Positions 24,659 through 37,117 of a DNA stretch of 64,000 nt are shown here, piece by piece; position 1 is the stretch's first letter, and every line of letters starts with the position of its first letter. Location of the stretch: NCBI RefSeq assembly GCF_006345805.1, contig NC_043008.1, positions 8,122,001-8,186,000 on the forward strand. The letters are read 5' to 3'. The DNA is from Octopus sinensis. Taxonomy: Eukaryota. Position numbers and translations under genes: made by a program. Under the pieces are notes generated by a model, which saw only the letters and a list, made by a program, of their open reading frames with translations, searched no databases and was not told where the DNA came from.

Positions 24659-27146
24659 TGCAGAACAGGAATATAGATTTATCTGTTTGCAATAAATATT
24701 AATTATAAGTTGAGATGCAAGTCTGTAACATTGTTTTTGACACATTCTTTAAACGTTGCATTGCCTTTCATGCTTTGATATTTGATTTAACTGCAAAAAA
24801 GAACGTTACAAATATGATACAAATGCGTTGCTGTGGATGTTTATTCCGTATTGCTATCATTTCCTTATATTACAAGCATTCATTTTACTGGTCAATGTTT
24901 AGTTTCATTGATATATATTACAAAATACTACTCCTAAAGAAATGGGTATAAGCATATAAATATTTATTAGTTGTAGATATATCTACCAAATCGTATCAGA
25001 TACGCGAACGACTTTTGAACCATGCACACGAGACGATAAAGAACATAAATGAGGCTAGTGTATGAGCGTTCTGTTTCTCTGTATACAATTGTCTGCACGA
25101 AGATACGTAGACAATATATGTCGGCTTTATAAACTAGTTCGACTCTCAACTGCTTTATAAACAAGTTCGACTCTCAACAAATAATTTATTGGCTGATCAC
25201 AACTGACTCACAAACGACGAAGTCGATAACTTCTTTGAAATCATAAAACTTCAGCTACTGCAACAGTGTGAGAAATTTTCTATCGTATAGAATCATTCAC
25301 TGATTCTAAAGAAAATAATTATCAATTCTTGGTGTCATCAACACCGCATGCTATAAACCTAACACTAGTCTCTACCACTATCTCTCTATCATCTTTATCC
25401 TACTTACCATTGCAGTCTTCTCCGTTTCTCTCTCCTTTCGTTCCTTCAAACTGATATTACTACAAAATTAAACGGTTACACAGTCACTGATCTATCAAAT
25501 ATAATGTCGGCATCATCACGTTAATGGCATAAATTGATGTAGGACATAGACGGCTATAACAAATCATTACAGCTTTGTATATTTTCCTTAGTTTTTCTTT
25601 CGGTTTTCATATCAAACATCTCTACAGTCGCCAATTTATATGTTCGTTATTTTTGTTTCTTTGATGCCTTAACAGTTTGATGTGGTTTCTGGCAAGGAAT
25701 GATATAATTACTACATCAACTATGATTTATACATATCAGTATTTTCTAGTACACTCGTGCTTTGGTAGTGAAACATAGACGTATTTTTTCTCTTTTTTAA
25801 ACAAATCGGTGTCGATAAATATACAGACAAAATACCATATATGTCCACCCGATATTTCACTTCAATTTTCTGTGACATGATAAGTCATGTCAGTGTACAC
25901 TGTAACTCTTCTTTAAAATTTCTTGTTTAAAGAAAACTTACTCTGTAAACAACTTTTAGATGACGAGGTATGAAAAATTGCATTTTCAAATCCTTCATTT
26001 TGTTTTGTCACATGTTGATATGTTAAACAATAGAATATATTGGAATATATAAATGTCTAATAATAATCATTGAATATACCATCCTTTGGTGAATTCTCTA
26101 GCATGAGAATTGTTAGAAAGACATGTGTTAAAATAATAAAGTTATATTCATGATGATATTGAATTAAATATTTGATCGTCAAAGGTGATTACAATAAATA
26201 TTAGCAACGTTCCGAAATTTGATTTAAGATAGTGTGTGCATCTATGGAAACTGCAAGAGATTCATAGACAACGAACACTAAACATCCATTTGTTTAATCC
26301 ATCGGAGAACAGCTTTGGATAGTCAAAGGAATTTATTTCTTTACCCACTTCCCATGCTTTTGAAAACAAAACGACGTTTCTTTCTATTTCGATAAATTGT
26401 GTCAGTGATTTTGCTTTGAAGCAAAGCATGCTGAGAGGAAAATGACATTTAGAATAATACAACAGATTATGTATATTTATTTATGTCACAAGCTTTTATC
26501 AATATTAAATTACGGAAAAGTAAATTAAAAACGAAAAACAATATATCATATATATATTCTTCAAAAACTTCGCGGTTAAAGAAGCAAATTAGAACGATAT
26601 TAAATGTCTTCATGTGACATTAAACATGGTGACTTCATTCCATATACAGGATATACATCACTAATCGCTTATACATGTTTGCCCATTGTGGGTCGCCATA
26701 TTTGGGATGTTTCCTTTCTCTATGTAGTCATCGTTTCTCTTACAAAATTTATCACGAGTGGCTTTGAAATAGCTTTCAACGTGAATTTCCGTTTCTATGA
26801 CGTTGCTGGCCAAATAACATATTAATATATTATTTCATATTTGGAAGTGTAGCACATCATCTATAACTAAAATGGATGTTGCAAGCTGTCGCATTAAGAT
26901 GCAAAGCATAATAATGCATGCAGATATTCTATTTCCATGGTTGTCCTTATATGAATCATTATCAGAAGTTAATAGACGTGCTCTCATTGCTCCCACCATT
27001 TACCCAGCAGAAAATAGAAAAATGTTTGGGAAAAACATTGTTGCACCAGAATTTGGAGCGGACGATTTTCGTTGAGTAAATTATCACACAAGAAGGGATA
27101 GTAGCACAGTTATGAGGACACGAACCTAGATACTTACATTCCCAAA

Positions 27147-28564
27147 TATAGATGTTTTCGATCTGATTTGGATTATTTGCCATCAAATTTGAATTCGCTC
27201 CAATCAAATTAGAATTCTCTGTAATCAAATTTGAATTTTTCAATTGGTGCTCAAGCCTTGAAAAAAAAGAGAGTTAAACTACATCAGCCGTAAGGGAATA
27301 CATGTCTATCTTATCTAACTCGTCCAGTAGAGCCCACCAATTGATATCTGAAAAGTTCGCTGAAATAACTCCTGAACACTGCGATAGCTTCCACCAAAAG
27401 ATGCTCCGTTATGTCGACCGATCTGAACAAGGGGGAGATAATAGAAAAAGAATCATTCGTTTAGATGTTGTTTCATCTTTGGTGGAAGAGAAGCTGAACT
27501 CCTACCCTATTGCTCATATAAGGTTTTAAAGACAATAACAGATGGCAAGACTGCTTATGAACAGACTAAAATACGTTTCCATTTTATTTGGGTGATCTCT
27601 GTAATTAGATATACCTCCCAATAGATACATTTAATATCAAAAAGGTTATGCAATACGACATTGCGTGCGCAATATGAATCGAACTCAAGTTTAATTGATT
27701 TTAATCAACAGTTCAGTTTTATACTTCCTTCGCCAGCTGATAAGCAAAATGAAGAAGACTGTTCACTTTCACAGTAGAATATATCTAAATAATTTTTACT
27801 GCATCATTAATTATTAATTCGCAAATATGTGAGCATATTCTGATGCGGAATATATTCTCAAGGGGTTTCGCAGTATTTAAAATTCTAACATAATCCTCGA
27901 AATGAAACAAAGAAAGCTGAATCCCAACTATCAAACAACACAAAAGCATTTGATACCTAAAATAGAAGTGTATAACTAACTATTGGAAACCCTAACAGAC
28001 TCGCTATTTTTGCAACTCCCGATATTTGCAAGAAGTCTCATGTAATCGTTACTAAATTTCAGCTTTTCCTATATCGTCTTTATTTACATGTGTTTCATAA
28101 AATATTAATGTATGCACAGGGATACTTATGTATACACAATGTAGTTAAAAAGTATATGTTGCGTCTTGGAATAATTGTAAATATATATCTAAAAATATAT
28201 ATATATATATTTATGTGTGCGTGTGAATGTGTGTGTGTACATATGATAATGTGTTCATATGTATTAATATATATAGTTCTATTAATGCTTGTGCATTCAT
28301 CTTGTTCAGACCGGTTCAGAACGGAGCATCTTTTGGTAGCAGCTATCGCAGCGTTCAGGAGTTATTTCATCGAACTTTTCAGTTATCAATTGGTGGGTTC
28401 TACTGGACGAGTTAGATAAGATAGACATGTATTCCCTTACGGCTGATGTAGTTTATCTTTGTTCTTTTTTCCAAGGCTTGAGCACCAATTCAAGAATTCA
28501 AATTTGATTGCAAAGAATTAAAATTTGATGGCAAAAAATCCAAACTAATTTGAAAATATTTATA
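27147..28564. mobile_element. Foldback/TIR element (arms 27147-27431 and 28301-28564) enclosing a duplicated 841-bp segment
   Basis: The arms are reverse complements (about 90% by eye) with about 21-bp subterminal repeats ATCAAATTTGAATT (3 left, 2 right). Both outer ends are TATA. Interior 27462-28302 equals 20836-21674. Confidence 0.88.
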
Positions 28565-29131
28565 GTTTAAAACAGGAAAAAACATGCCAATTTTTCCGAA
28601 GATTTACTTCAGCCTTTGTAAAATTGTCAGTCTGACGAAAGAAGCTGAATCAAAACACCTGTGTTATTATCTATACTGTCCGAGCTAAAATAAGTGAATA
28701 AAAGGGAAATAATCGAAACCTACATACGCTCATATATTATGTCACTCTCAGATTAGTTTCCGTTCAGAAAACAACAGAAATGGGATTGAGATCTCAGTCA
28801 AGTGACATTCCTACAAGTAAGTAGTGAGAATAATGTTTAGTATGTAATGTTGGGTGGAATGCAGAATGATGGTGAGTGGAGCAGAGAAGAGGCACCATGG
28901 GAAAGATTGAGTGAAGTACTCCAAAGATAATTACAAAACTCAGGGAAGAGATATCACCCCCAAAACCTACAAGATTCCTTTCCTGTGATTTTATGGTAAG
29001 CGGGTGGTTAGAACGCTTCCAATCGATAATGTCAAGGTGAGCAGCAACAGCACATACCCTTTTATGCCACCCAAAAATCATTACAAATCTCATTTAAGGC
29101 TTGTTGGAGACTGAAGTATTTCAGCGTTCGG

Positions 29132-29162
<31 letters not shown>

Positions 29163-29348
29163 CTAAGCAATAAGGGTTCAGCAACGAATTGCCTTACCAC
29201 ATACCGAATTTAGAAATAGCAGTCAAAGGGTTATAGCTATTTCTTCTACTAAAAAGGGAGATCTCAGTAAAAACAGCAATTGGAAGGCTGACACAAACAG
29301 GTAAGAGAGAATGAATTAACCGCAATCTATCAAACATTTTTAAAGTTA

Positions 29349-29455
29349 TCCACGGACGTACGTTTCGAAATCAAGTTTTAGGAAAGCATAAGAATTAAAA
29401 TATTAAATATTAAATAATTCTATCTTACCGAAACTTCTTTTCTCTTCAGCGTGGA
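29349..29455 (-). ncRNA. Type I hammerhead ribozyme, canonical core (left arm of palindrome 2)
   Basis: Mirror image of 29530-29635. Confidence 0.85.
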
Positions 29456-29529
29456 ATACTATAATCATAAATGATTATATATTGAATTTTGAGAATATTG
29501 AATTATATAATCATTTATGATTATAGTAT

Positions 29530-29635
29530 TCCACGCTGAAGAGAAAAGAAGTTTCGGTAAGATAGAATTATTAATATTTAATATTTTAATTCTTATGCTT
29601 TCCTAAAACTTGATTTCGAAACGTACGTCCGTGGA
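29530..29635 (+). ncRNA. Type I hammerhead ribozyme, canonical core, extended stem II
   Basis: Stem I TCCACG(29530-35):CGTGGA(29630-35). Core CTGAAGA at 29536-42. Stem II GAAA(29543-46):TTTC(29614-17). GAAAC at 29618-22. Palindromic stem III ACGTACGT. GTC cleavage triplet, cut after 29629. Confidence 0.88.
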
Positions 29636-29925
29636 TAACTTTAAAAATGTTTGATAGATTGCGGTTAATTCATTCTCTCTTACCTGTTTGTGTCAGCCTT
29701 CCAATTGCTGTTTTTACTGAGATCTCCCTTTTTAGTAGAAGAAATAGCTATAACCCTTTGACTGCTATTTCTAAATTCGGTATGTGGTAAGGCAATTCGT
29801 TGCTGAACCCTTATTGCTTAGTATTACTTAAATTTTCCTCAAATGAGGCTTTTACATGCCGAAGACTACTTGGTGTAATTGATAATTATTCCAAATTAAT
29901 TAATTTCACCCTTCATTATTACGGA

Positions 29926-29929
<4 letters not shown>

Positions 29930-29973
<44 letters not shown>
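29930..29973. repeat. (TA)n microsatellite followed by a 55-bp Penelope-like fragment (29972-30028)
   Basis: The fragment is the reverse complement of 17400-17460. Confidence 0.8.
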
Positions 29974-29977
<4 letters not shown>

Positions 29978-30039
29978 ACAACGCGAGGACGTGGAACAAA
30001 TATAGTATTATTGGACGCTCAGGAAAGAATTTATTTTCC

Positions 30040-30262
30040 TTTGCTGCAATTCACTCATCTGTAGAAATGAATTGCGATGTCACAAGTGCCAAGCTGTATC
30101 GGTCTTTGCTTTTTCCTTGGATAACACTGGTGGCGTGAAGAGGTGAGGTCGGTATGCATAGGCGACTCCTGGTCTTCCACAAACAACCCGGACTTGTGCC
30201 TGGAAGGCTCACTTTCTAGGTGTAATCCCATGGTTAGTCATGACCGAAGGGGATCACAACAA
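30040..30262 (+). mobile_element. SINE-like 3' fragment with (CAA)n tail
   Basis: GC-richer block with a CORE-like ACTCATCTGTAGAAATGAATTG, ending in ACAACAACAACAAC. Single copy in the window. Confidence 0.5.
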
Positions 30263-30403
30263 CAACAACAATATTTATATATATATGTGTGTGTATATAT
30301 ATATACATCTAATGTAGGATAAAATGTTCCGAAAAACATTTTATTAATGGCCAGCATATTAAAAAATTAAAAAAGGTATATGTATATAAAGGTATATATA
30401 TAT

Positions 30404-30452
<49 letters not shown>

Positions 30453-30456
<4 letters not shown>

Positions 30457-30690
30457 CACATTTACAGAAAAAGAAACACGAAGAAAAGTGTAGGAACAAC
30501 AACGTGTAGGTGTATTAGTTTAACGTTAGAGAAAATGAAAAAGGCCGCTACGTTTCGAGCCTACGCTCCTCGACAGAGAGGATTAAGAGGAGAATATGGA
30601 GAGAAAAAATGGAGAGAGAATGAGAAAAAGGGAGAGAGAAAAATGTGCAGTTCAATGGTCTACAGTGATGTGACTGGAAGAAAGAGGTTT
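30453..30690 (-). mobile_element. (TA)n-anchored Penelope-like fragment with degenerate HHR
   Basis: Minus strand reads CUGUCGA-G-GAGC-GUAG-GCUC-GAAAC-GUA at 30576-30549. It runs into (TA)n at 30383-30452. Confidence 0.55.
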
Positions 30691-30889
30691 AATGAAAGGG
30701 AGATAATAATAGCGTTAAAGATATGTTGATCGGAAGGAACGAAGAGAACGGTGGGTGTGAGTGTGTATGCGTGAATCGGGGCGCGTGAGAAAACCATGTA
30801 TGTGTGTGTGAAGGGGTGAGTTTACCATGTTTGTGTATGTGAGTGTGTGTATGTGCATGTTTTGTGTGTAACAGTCGATGCGTCCGTTT

Positions 30890-31085
30890 CTGTGTATCAT
30901 TCATCGCTTAACAACGGATGTTGGTGTATTTACGTCCCCGTAACACTAGCGGTGCGGCAAAAAAGATAACGACAGAATAAGTACAAGGCTTATAAAGAAT
31001 AAGTCGTTGGGTCGATTTGTTCGACGAAAGCGAGTGCTCCAGCATTGCCGCAGTCAAATAACTGAAACAAGTAAAAGAATAAGAG
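30890..31085 (+). mobile_element. SINE family A, 3' half
   Basis: GGTGTATTTACGTCCCCGTAAC...CAGAATAAGTAC...GCAGTCAAATAACTGAAACAAGTAAAAGAAT. Confidence 0.85.
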
Positions 31086-34084
31086 CATATACGTGTGTGT
31101 GCGCGTGTGTATGTGTGCGTGTGTATGTGTGTGTGGGTGTATGCAAGTGAGTGTGTATGTGTCTGTACATTTGTATGTGTGAAGCATATAAAACGTATGT
31201 TCGGAGAGGATATCTAATTGATCAAAGATTTTTTTTATCATTTCCGGTTTTTATCTGATTAGGAATGCGAGGAAAAACCTCGATCTCTGACTCATGCAGA
31301 ATGAGAGTCGAGTTTTTTTTTCGAAATATTAATTACTCTTTTGTTCTAAAAGCGATTCAAATTGCTGTATTACTATAATTACCTCTCTAGATACCGTTCT
31401 CTCTCTCTATCTCTCAATCTATCCGTCAGTCTTTTTCCGTAAACAAACGTGCGTGCATCTGTTTATGTGTGTTTGCGTGTGTGCATGTTGCAAGTGTTAT
31501 ACATGTGTGTGTATGGTGCAATGGTTATACATGTGTGAGCGTGTACGCGTACTGGCTAAAGTGAATTCAGTGCATTTAATTCAATTAATAAATAATGGAT
31601 TTAGGGATATTTACTGAGCTGAAATATTTCAAAATACAATTTTCACAATTAATTCATGATGTAAGTCGAAAGCCCCACAGGCTACCATCTCTGTTCTCGC
31701 TCATTATAACCTTAAACAAGAATACATGTTCTTTTCTTTCTTCTGAAGCATATTTAATTTCCAATACATTCGCGATTGATTCGCATTCTTTCCATCACAA
31801 TCTAGGTGACGTCATTTGTCGATTTTAATGAAAGCAATAAATATAAATGATTCAATTATTAATATACAGAGATTAGGTCTTTGTAAATATTTAGAAGGTT
31901 ATTAAAAGAAAAATATATTATATTGCAGTACATTAAATAATCTTCACCGCTTTCAATAACGCTTCATTAATTTTATATCCTTTAATTGTGGTGTCACGCC
32001 CCATAGATTTCTGAAGAGTCTTCCGCTGTGAATAAAATACAGAATACTTTTAGATACATTCTCGCTAACCTACAGAGGTAGACACATATATATATACAAG
32101 CCTGGAAAGAAGCATGTTTTCATATATATCGATACATACAGGTATTTATTTACATATTATGTAATACATCATTGATGATTAGTTTTTTTAAGTAATTGTT
32201 ATGTATTAAATATTCTATATTTACAGAGAACTATCGCCGTGTATGTTTACTCGTATATACTGTTTTATAACAGTGTTTTTTTATGTCAAATGTATGTAGT
32301 ATTTTATATTATACTATAATAGGCTGTGATACGATGGTGAGTAGAAGTATAGCCAGAGCGCTCGACAAAAGATTCAGTGGTAGTTTGTTACACTCCATTA
32401 TCATAAGAAATTGATTCTCGTTATCGTTATTTTTCATTTTCCTGTGTGCGGAATGATTTGTAGTTCAATAGTGGACTCTATCAAGAATGGTTTCTTTCTA
32501 CACAACACACCTTTTAATACGACAGTATTGGCCTCTGTTTCAAATACTTTAATTATTTTGAAAAGGTTTTAATTGAATGCTAAGTATTTGATTCTATGTG
32601 TTATAGCTTCGTTGTAAAATTTGGCATCAGTTCTAGATGAAAATACTTTATATTATCTTCAGGGAGTAAGTTCGACAAAATAAAATTTTAAATGCCGCTT
32701 CCTTTCGGATTTTAGTCACAGCACTGTATGATATAAGTATAAAATTGAGTCTTTCCGAAAAAAAGATGTCTATTTGTTCTATGCGTTCAACCTCGTCAAA
32801 AGATGTACTCAATGACATTTTAAAAGCGTGTCTATTGAGCACTTAATTAACTTATGTCCACTTACCTAATCATTTGCTTTTTATTTCAAAAACTCAGAGT
32901 GTAATTCAAAATATACAATTGACAATTTTTCATGAAAATATTACACTTTAAATTTTACGATTTTATTCAAAGACTTTTGTGGATAAGCACACCTGCTTCC
33001 TGAATTGATAAAAGTTTAGAAAGTCTACACTATTTAACACTTCGTAATGTTGTTCTCAGTAATAAAAGTGTGGCTTTGTAAAATACAAATTGAAAGCATT
33101 AAGAAGAAACTGAAGATGACCTCTTCGAATTATAAATTCCTAATCACTGCAGAGAAACTAGAAAAATCTTTCAAGAACATATTCACCTATGGGCAGATAC
33201 GTCAGGTTAATGCGAGATATGCTGATATACAAACTATTGTACGTAAAATGTATCAAAAGATGCCTGTGCTATTCACTGCATTTAATACATTTAGCATTTA
33301 GGTTTCCCTATACACATTAAGTAGACCAATATGCAATTAATTATTTAGCACTAGGTTTCTTTTACTGAGAAGATTTGTGATAATTGTTTAAATGCATTGT
33401 AAAATGGCCCCAAACCCCGAAAAATATTCTTGTTAAAACAACCTTTACAAGTGAAGTATCGCCAACGTGTGAACGCGTGTTTTTCCTCAGAAAATGACTC
33501 AGCTCTGTCATAAGGTATTACTTCACAAGCACAATGAAACAAAGCAATTCGATCAATATATATTTAATTATTAACAGGCGCCATCGTTATAGAAGTTCAT
33601 GAAACGGCATCACTATATCACTAACATAGTATAAATTATACACTTATCATTTCATGAACTCTATATACTTCAACACACTTAGAAAGAACTACTTTCAATC
33701 AAACTCTACTTCATTGCACATATACATTATTAATGTATAGCATGCACTATATATCACAAACAGCCATAGTTTAAATATATTACAATACACTATCAAGATG
33801 CATAACACACTATACTTATACAATAGTCGATATCACATTGGAATAAATATTTCATGTCAGGGCCCGATCTTTGCTGACCAATATCATAAATATTTGTCAA
33901 ATATTTATCGTTCTGATATTTCCCCCTCCGGCGTGAACCAACGACAAGATGTTATGACATTGTAAATGCTGGTGATAAAAATGGAAGATTAAAATTTCAT
34001 TGTTCTATGTCACACCTAAATCTATTTTAAATATTATATATTTGAGATTTTTAACATCTATATCACATTAAAAATGAGCTTCAA

Positions 34085-35060
34085 TATTGCGACCAGTCTA
34101 AAATCACTACCTTCGTTATCGTTCACGTCCAGGACGTGCGACTTACATTCTGGGTCCAGAAAGACCGACCGTATCTCGAGATCCAGACCTTATCTAAACA
34201 TCACAGCTACCTTACCCCCCCCCATTCCCGATTGACTAAGATATGCGAACATCTGAAAGTCATCGAAAATGGCAGCCAAGTCTCGTGTGTCCGCGATCTT
34301 ATAGTCGCTGACGGCTATTACATCTAGACTTAGCCACCTTGGTCACCAAGCTCTGTATCCCCTGCACCTCGGTCTTAAAAAGGACTTCTATTCAGCCGTA
34401 CTGCCTCGCTCTCGCAATGTTGTGGATATCCTCCCATATGCTTTTCAAGGTTTTTGTTTCCACCTGGTTACGTTTAGCATTTTCGAGTTTCTCTGTCTTT
34501 GTGTTCACGCACCTGTAGACAACTATCTGTTTACAGTTGCTTGAAGCACGTCGTTTGCAGGTGTCAATTCTGCCCTCCTTCCATTCATTGTCATATATTT
34601 TGCTGCCCTGTTTAGTTTTTTCAATTATGTTCTCCAATTAAATGTTAACTAATTCCTTAGCTGCCGTGAGATTTGAAAAAGTCTCTTTCTTGCCTCTAAC
34701 TAATTTTTGTTAGATTCTTCTCAGCCGTTGTTGTCAATATTGTTCTTGGTGTTACTACAACTTCCATGTAGTGAGGAAGACTTTACTCCTTCCTTACTCT
34801 CACCTTCTTTCTGTTTCTCATCATCTTTTTATGTCTTTTCTTGACTCTTCACTTCTTCCTTCTTTTCTTCCTGCTGTCTACTGCTAATAATGGTGGGGAG
34901 GACGGAGAAGTACTCGTTGAAATCGCCGAACCACCTTCCTTTCTCACTCCCGCTTTTCGTCGCCATCTTCAATGTTTATTTCCTTTTAAGCTAATTTTCG
35001 AGGAAATTTGAAAACAAAAAGGTTTGTATCAAGAAGGGCGGCTGGCTTACAAAACGCTTT
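34085..35060 (-). mobile_element. L1/Tx1-like non-LTR retrotransposon 5' remnant (ORF1 start fused to an APE endonuclease fragment)
   Basis: Minus-strand ATG at 34966 (MATKSGSEKGRWF...KEEVKSQEK) opens a K/E-rich decayed ORF1. DLAAIFDDFQMFA and G.DLEIRSVFLDPE..VLDVNDNEGSDFRLV at about 34290-34090 resemble the Tx1 endonuclease. Confidence 0.65.
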
Positions 35061-35147
35061 AAACAGCAAAATACGGTATAGAATTTTTAAACAAGTGAAT
35101 TATTCTTAAACTTAGAGCGTTCCAAAGACACACCTCCAGCTATGGCG

Positions 35148-35250
<103 letters not shown>

Positions 35251-35449
35251 AACAGCAACAAAAACACGAGCAATTACAACACATATAACATACAGAAAAT
35301 TGCACTACAGGGCCTGCCCACATCCTACGCAAAACACTTTCAATACAGTAACCATCACAACATCACAGCAAACCACATCAAAAACCCAAGGCACACAGAG
35401 CTGCGCTCGGTAGTGAAGTGAAAGTGCGCTATAAAAATAAACTACGAAC

Positions 35450-35450
<1 letters not shown>
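35251..35450 (+). mobile_element. R4/Dong-like 3' end (second family) in (AAT)n
   Basis: NIQKIALQG/.HILRKTLSIQ* plus 3' UTR ...GCTGCGCTCGGTAGTGAAGTGAAAG... followed by (AAT)n. Same family as 61680-61842. Confidence 0.85.
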
Positions 35451-35513
<63 letters not shown>

Positions 35514-35514
<1 letters not shown>

Positions 35515-35972
35515 TGGGCTACAGCAAATATTCTGCTCAATACCACAGATTTGCTTGTCAGTTGTTTGACCTTAACCAGTGAGCATGTCCCTTAGTGGCT
35601 GACAATACGTGCATCTCTGATCACGAGCAGAAGTAGTGGGGGAGCATCATGGCCATGTGTTGAGAGGATTCTTTGGAGTTGAATAATTCACCTCTGGAAA
35701 CATAGGTGTTTCGTTCAACATCCTAAAGCAACCCTTATTCAGGGACCTTTTGAGCGGGATGGGCTACTCAACCTGAAGAAAATTCTAACTGGGCCCCACC
35801 TGCAAGGTCATGTGCTGTTTATCTTGATATGAGATCACCATGTGTCGCGCACATATGGTTGTGATGCATGTGCCTGGTGTACCTTTATCAGACGGGTAGT
35901 CATGATGGGTATATTGGGCTTCGTATATTTTACCCCAGTGTCACTTTGATGGCATGAACTGCTCTCTCACTC
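35514..35972 (+). mobile_element. Retroposon X, 5'-truncated copy in (AAT)n
   Basis: Reverse complement of about 11561-12020. Confidence 0.85.
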
Positions 35973-35990
35973 AATAATAATAATAATAAT

Positions 35991-36184
35991 AGAAACTTCT
36001 AACTGGGACCCACCTGCAAGGTCATGGGCTGTTTATCTTGATATGAGATCACCATGTCGCGCACATATGGTTCTGATGCATGTGCCTAGTGTACTCTTAT
36101 CAAGCTGGTAGTCATGAACGGTATACTGGGCTTCGTATATTTTACCCCAGTGTTACTTTGATGGCATGCACTACTCTCTTACTC
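35991..36184 (+). mobile_element. Retroposon X, short 5'-truncated copy in (AAT)n
   Basis: Matches the last about 195 bp of 35514-35972. Confidence 0.85.
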
Positions 36185-36196
36185 AATGATAATAAT

Positions 36197-36239
<43 letters not shown>

Positions 36240-36248
36240 TAATAATAA

Positions 36249-36279
<31 letters not shown>

Positions 36280-36306
36280 AGAAGAAGAAGGATAATGATA
36301 ATAAGG

Positions 36307-36369
<63 letters not shown>

Positions 36370-36372
36370 TAA
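36185..36372. repeat. (AAT)n/(GAA)n microsatellite
   Basis: Directly visible. Confidence 0.97.
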
Positions 36373-36700
36373 TAACATTTCACTGTCGTGATATACATCA
36401 GTATCATCCTCAGGAGCACCGATAGGAAGAGCACCAGCTGTATATACATGCGCAAAATCAGCAGCAGATCAGCAGGAGCCTCAGCTGACACTACTGATGT
36501 CGGTAAATAGAAGCTGTTACATTAAATCACATATATTTATCAATAAATGTTTATCGCGAAAAATAATTGACGGTTGTTTGTTCGATACAATAAATATCAC
36601 AGAACTCCGTTTATTTCTATAAACACATGTCCGCAAGCATCGGTGCGTGAGTGTGTTATACCCAGTTTTAAACGTTTTAAACAGAAATAACAGCAATGGT

Positions 36701-37117
36701 ACTCTTTACTCTTTTTACTTGTTTCAGTCATTTGACTGCGGACATGCTGGAGCACCGCCTTTAGTCGAGCAAATCGACCCCGGGACTTACTCTTTTGTAA
36801 GCCTAGTACTTATTCCATCGGCCTCTTTTGCCGAACCGCTAACTGACGGGGACGTAAACACGCCAGCATCGGTTGTCAAGCAATGCTAGGGGGACAAACA
36901 CACACACACACAAACACACACATACACACATATATATATATATATATACATATATACGACAGGCTTCTTTCAGTTTCCGTCTACCAAATCCACTCACAAG
37001 GCATTGGTCTGCCCGGGGCTATAGCAGAAGACACTTGCCCAAGATGCCACTCAGTGGGACTGAATCCGGAACCATGTGGTTGTTTAGCAAGCTACTTACC
37101 ACACAGCCACTCCTGCG
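36701..37117 (-). mobile_element. SINE family A, full length
   Basis: Nearly identical in structure to 23002-23405. Confidence 0.93.

Larger units (their letters stand above)
29161..29823. repeat. Long palindrome 2 (321/320-bp arms, 22-nt spacer), Penelope-like inverted pLTR candidate
   Basis: 29161-29481 is the reverse complement of 29504-29823, with one 1-nt indel found. The left end abuts (TA)n and the right end is TA. Confidence 0.97.

Noticed and set aside
28620-28675. CTGACGA followed by AAAAC, hammerhead-like
   Set aside because: G12 is missing and stems I and II cannot be paired.
28794-29093. GC-richer block possibly from an RTE-type LINE
   Set aside because: No diagnostic motif could be read with confidence.
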